Part shown: piece after piece, positions 60,050 to 64,000 of the stretch
Position numbering within the stretch: position 1 is the stretch's first letter
How the letters are laid out: each line of letters starts with the position of its first letter
Assembly: GCA_002269645.1 (NCBI GenBank)
Contig: NIVC01002899.1
Span: 67,181 to 131,180, forward strand
Length of the DNA: 64,000 bases
Direction of reading: 5' to 3'
From: Macrostomum lignano
Lineage: Eukaryota
Program-made: the position numbers and the translations under genes
Notes under the pieces: generated by a model
The model's database searches: none
What the model saw: the letters and a program-made list of their open reading frames with translations, nothing else
What the model was told of the DNA's origin: nothing

Positions 60050-61250
60050 AGGAACCTAATCAAATTTCTCAACATCAGCTTCATTCAGATCAAAGCATAT
60101 CTTTGCATTCGCTGGAACCACCAGCTGAAGCACCCCTTAATCACCTTCTTGGAACGAGTCCAGCTCAGATTGCAAGGCATTCACAAGCTTCCTCTCGAGT
60201 CAAATCGACTCCTTTTCAAATTCTTCTTCATCTTGGGAAAAAGGAAGAAGGCGCAAGGCACGAATTCGGGCGAAAAAGCCGGCTGCGGTAGCTGCTGAAG
60301 CTGCGTTGTCTGCAGAAATTGCTGCATCGACTCTGATCCGTGCGCAGGTGCGTTGTCGTCGTGAAGGAAGGTGTCTTTATCTCTCGATTTTTGCTACTCT
60401 TGATCAAGTGCCTGCAGTACCAGCAGTCACTGTGGTGATCGTTGCTCGAGCAACGTACTGGCCGCAAGATGCTTCAGCGGTGAGAAAAGTGACGGACATC
60501 ACATTTGATCCCGAAGCTTCGCTGGCGGCGAAACTTCGGTGGCGCATCCTCGTCACTGGTGACCCTCTGACGGCTGTGCTCCCTAGTCTCCGGGTCGTTG
60601 AAATAGATCCAGGTGTCTTCACCCCTGAGGGTATTATTGTACCTAAGGGCTACCGGGCGAGCGACAATCCACCTCCTGGACTCTCCGGAGGGGGACCGCG
60701 CTGCGGACACCGGCACCACCGGAACTCCCTGCGCGACACCGCAGCACTAGCTGCCCGTAGTCGCCAGGGGTTAGCAAAATGGGCGAAAATGCCTCCTCGC
60801 TGTTTCCGGACGCACGGAGCCCCCTGCAGCTAAGTCAAGTAAGTCAAGAGGGTATTATTGTCCACTAATTTTGAGGCGCCGTCATCGAATTAGTCGAGCA
60901 TGAGACGCGCGAACTCCATGCGGACCTGCTTTTGAGCGACGCTGTGCTGATGGGGCACTCAGCGTGCGGACAGCTTGCCTATCCTGAGGTATGGTCATGC
61001 AGGATCTTAACGATGGTTGAATCAGACTGCACTCCACAGTTATTCTATAGTATCTGTGCTGCACCCCGACAAGATTTTCTAACCATCGAATCGGTGTCGC
61101 TGCGCAGGAGTAAAGTCTCCGTCTGTAACAACGGAACTTGGACGACCTGATTGCGAGGTTCTTTATCCAGACTAAAAAATAATAGCTTCATCGCCGTTTT
61201 TGGTTATCGAGCTTACCGACGCTTCGCTGGATGTTATCGCATCCATGTAA
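60050..61250 (-). mobile_element. Dead mariner (Tc1/mariner) transposase copy
   Basis: Minus-strand motifs in order: SGRP, KLSAR*VPHQ (WVPH), GEDTWIYFNDPET, HDDNAPAH, a P.FSP..PC.FFLFPKMKKNL-like segment. Multiple stops and frameshifts; TIRs not identified. Confidence 0.85.
60641..60847 (+). mobile_element. 5'-truncated non-LTR retroelement or SINE inserted into the mariner
   Basis: Flanked by a perfect 14-bp direct repeat GAGGGTATTATTGT (60627-60640 and 60848-60861), ending in a TAAGTCAAGTAAGTCAA tandem tail. Removing it restores the transposase path. Confidence 0.75.
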
Positions 61251-64000
61251 TTGTAACCTGCATGTAATTGTAATCTTGACAAAACTTCATGTTTGATTCT
61301 TCATGCTGGAGTATCCAAATTGTCTCTCCTTACATGTACATGTACATTGGATGGAAAATCGACTTTGCCAAGATCTGCGCGTTGACGTAAACATACATGT
61401 AGATATCGACAATTCACAGGTGCACATGTAAAGGTCTTGCTTAGTGACCTTTTATAGGATTGTACCGGGAATTATTGTTGGACTGTAGCTCCCAAATTAA
61501 GAACAGAGAACGTACTAACACCGGTTTTAACAGCTTAGTTGATCCGTCAGACAAACAAAGATTTCGATATTACTAAGATATTAAGTAGCCATTTTTAATT
61601 ATAAATCTTAGAAATCACGGCTTACCATTTACTGATCCTATGACACTCGGTAGTCCGAACTTGTTTTGATCGATAAGCACTTCGCGGAAATTTAGTGACA
61701 AGTTCAAATTAGTCGTAGGAATTACTTTTGCGATTTAATTTAATTGAGTTGTCGATTGTCGTAATGGATGAATTATAATTTTCTAAACATTACATTATGG
61801 ATCATTTGCTCAGAAACTGCGAGCTTTCTATTATATAAAAACACACAAAAATTTATGCAACGACATTTTAGGATCTAACCCAATTTGGGCCATACTTCTG
61901 TTCTGTGCAAAAAATTCGCCCTAGCCTACATGACTTAAATTTAGTCCAAAATTGCCGAAAACCTTTCTGCCCTCTGCTCCATGCCTCAAAACTCGTTTTT
62001 AAATGCTCCTGACGCAAAAAATCTGCCACAATACTATTAAGTCAGTCCTGAAACCAAAGAACATACTAAATCACAAGTTTAATTACTATTATGAATTTTT
62101 TATGAATATACAAAATTGTTGAGTGCCATATGCAAACTTTGATTATATGTTTATAGCTACGTTAGATCATAGTAAAGGCTACACATTTTAATAATACTAA
62201 TCATAGTTAATTTTATTTTTTTTATTAGACCTACTCTAAGGTTGATTGAATAGTAGAATTAAAGCAAACTTTTATTTTAGTTTGATACAATTTGGGTTAG
62301 GCCCTAAATGACTATTTAATTTTGAAGATTTTAAATATGCTCAAGTGTATAGTACATATATAATAATCAATCATTTTGACCCTTATTTATTCATTCTAAT
62401 AGGCCTATATTTTTTTGGTAAGCCCTATTTGGCTCTTAGACTTGGTATCTTATCCTATAGTCAAGTCAGGATCATGGCATGCTTGTGCCAGCGCTAGAAT
62501 GAATCTTATTTGAAAAGTTTGATTGTGTTGTGCACCAGAACAAATCTTATAAAAAAATGTTTTTGTTTACCGCAACTTTTTGAAAAAAATGTTTTTTTTC
62601 AAATTTTCCATTTTCTATTTACAAATTTTCCAGCTGAGTAGTGAGTATTTTACAATGAATCAGTATTTTTTGTTAAACTTGTATGGCATATATTAAAATG
62701 CGGAAGTGGATGCAGAATGCTTGCTAAAATGTGGAAGATAGAATATTTTCTTAAATTATGGAAGCAAATAGTAGATATTAATTTAAATTGCATAGGTGGC
62801 TATCAGACAAGCTTACAAGCAATGATTTATGACCCCAAAAGAGTAAAAACCACACCTATATTAATATGACTACAAGTATGACAAAATAGTATGGCTACAA
62901 AAATCTTACTCAGTATGAATTCTAGGAAAATTATATATTAAAAGAAGAAAAATGCATATAGCCTACTGTTAATAAGCTAACAAGTTCAAAATCAATATTT
63001 TCTAAATTTGGAATTTATACTAATAGCATTTTTGTACTAGCTATGATTTTGTCATACTTATAATCATAATAATATAGGCATAATTTTTGTTACTTTTGGG
63101 ATAAAAAATTATTGCTTGTGAGTTTGTCTGACAGCTATCTGCGCTATTTAAATTAACATCTATAACAAAGTCTGTGTGGCTTGCAGAGAGGAAAATCTTA
63201 GAGCTGGCCAAGCCTAGCTCTCTCAATAAATACCAGTTTATTTTCCTGCCTGACTAGGCTGACCAATCAGCCACTACCTCTGGCGTGTTTGCGCTCCAGA
63301 GTATGCACATGCGCAAGTACAATGAGAGAGAGAGAGAGAGAGAGAGAGCCTCCCATCCCCACTCTGCACAGAAAGCTAAACGTAGTCACCACAACATCCA
63401 TATCCGCTTTTATAATTTAAGAAAATATTCCATCTCTACATTTTAGCAAACATTCTGTATCCACTTCCCTATCCGCTTTCATATTTTAGTAGATGCCATT
63501 TGAATCTATTTGATAAAAAATGCAATGTTAACATAAATTAATTAAAAGCTAGGCCTTATCAATATAACAGCAAACAAAAAGTGCTAATAAAAAGAAATAA
63601 CATGCTAATTTTTTATCTAAGAAAATATTGTCTCGTCAAAAGTTTTGTCTTGCACCAAATTGTACCAATTATTTTGTCTTGTGCTGTACTGCGCCCGATT
63701 TGTCTTCCTTGTCTATGCCAGAAGGTGTCAGCCCTTTTGTACTAGAATTTTCCATGAAAAAAGCCATCTTCCTGACTATGGATCTCAGTTTATTTCCTAA
63801 TAACAAGCATTAGGCCTATAATTAATTTAATGAATAATGAATAGGCCTGCTCTGTTATAGGCCTTGATTTTAACAAAAATTATAATTTTTAATTTTAATT
63901 ATTATCCTATCTTGTCTATCTCTTGGCATTTAGGCCTAAATTTAATATTGATTAGTTAAAATGTTATAATATATCAACATATATATATTGATCCATTTTA

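Noticed and set aside
60306-60833. 175-aa plus-strand ORF
   Set aside because: It is antisense to the mariner transposase remnant and runs into the nested insertion.
61300-64000. Genes in the terminal AT-rich region
   Set aside because: Only short, low-complexity ORFs and no consistent exon chain. A CCAAT motif and a (GA)n tract near 63260-63350 hint at a promoter for something outside the window but are not sufficient evidence.

Overview
Eukaryotic (metazoan) genomic DNA with GT-AG introns, GC-rich exons and abundant simple and tandem repeats. The style suggests a free-living flatworm such as Macrostomum, but that is an inference. Most long ORFs in the supplied track are translations of intronic satellites. 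By tracing splice sites and reading frames by eye I reconstruct eight protein-coding loci: an intronless C-type lectin (+), a group I PAK-like kinase (+), two diverged tandem acetylcholinesterase-like paralogues with GPI-type tails (both -; copy A has one frameshift, copy B a nonsense codon plus a frameshift), a six-exon gene with no recognisable domain (+), an RDH-type short-chain dehydrogenase (-) head-to-head with a two-CNB-domain gene (+), and a secreted Asn-rich repeat protein (+). The 5' ends of the head-to-head pair are duplicated in a 3.04-kb tandem unit bounded by 23-bp minisatellite arrays. Mobile DNA includes a decayed Ty3/Gypsy element, a dead mariner interrupted by a short retro-insertion with a 14-bp TSD, a CORE-type SINE with a TSD, a second SINE family, a MITE-like hairpin, and a ~270-bp cassette found twice inside (GATA)n arrays. 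About 17 of the 27 modelled introns carry a tandem array. Several 1-bp coding indels could be long-read assembly errors. No database searches were run, so all homology calls rest on motif recognition.
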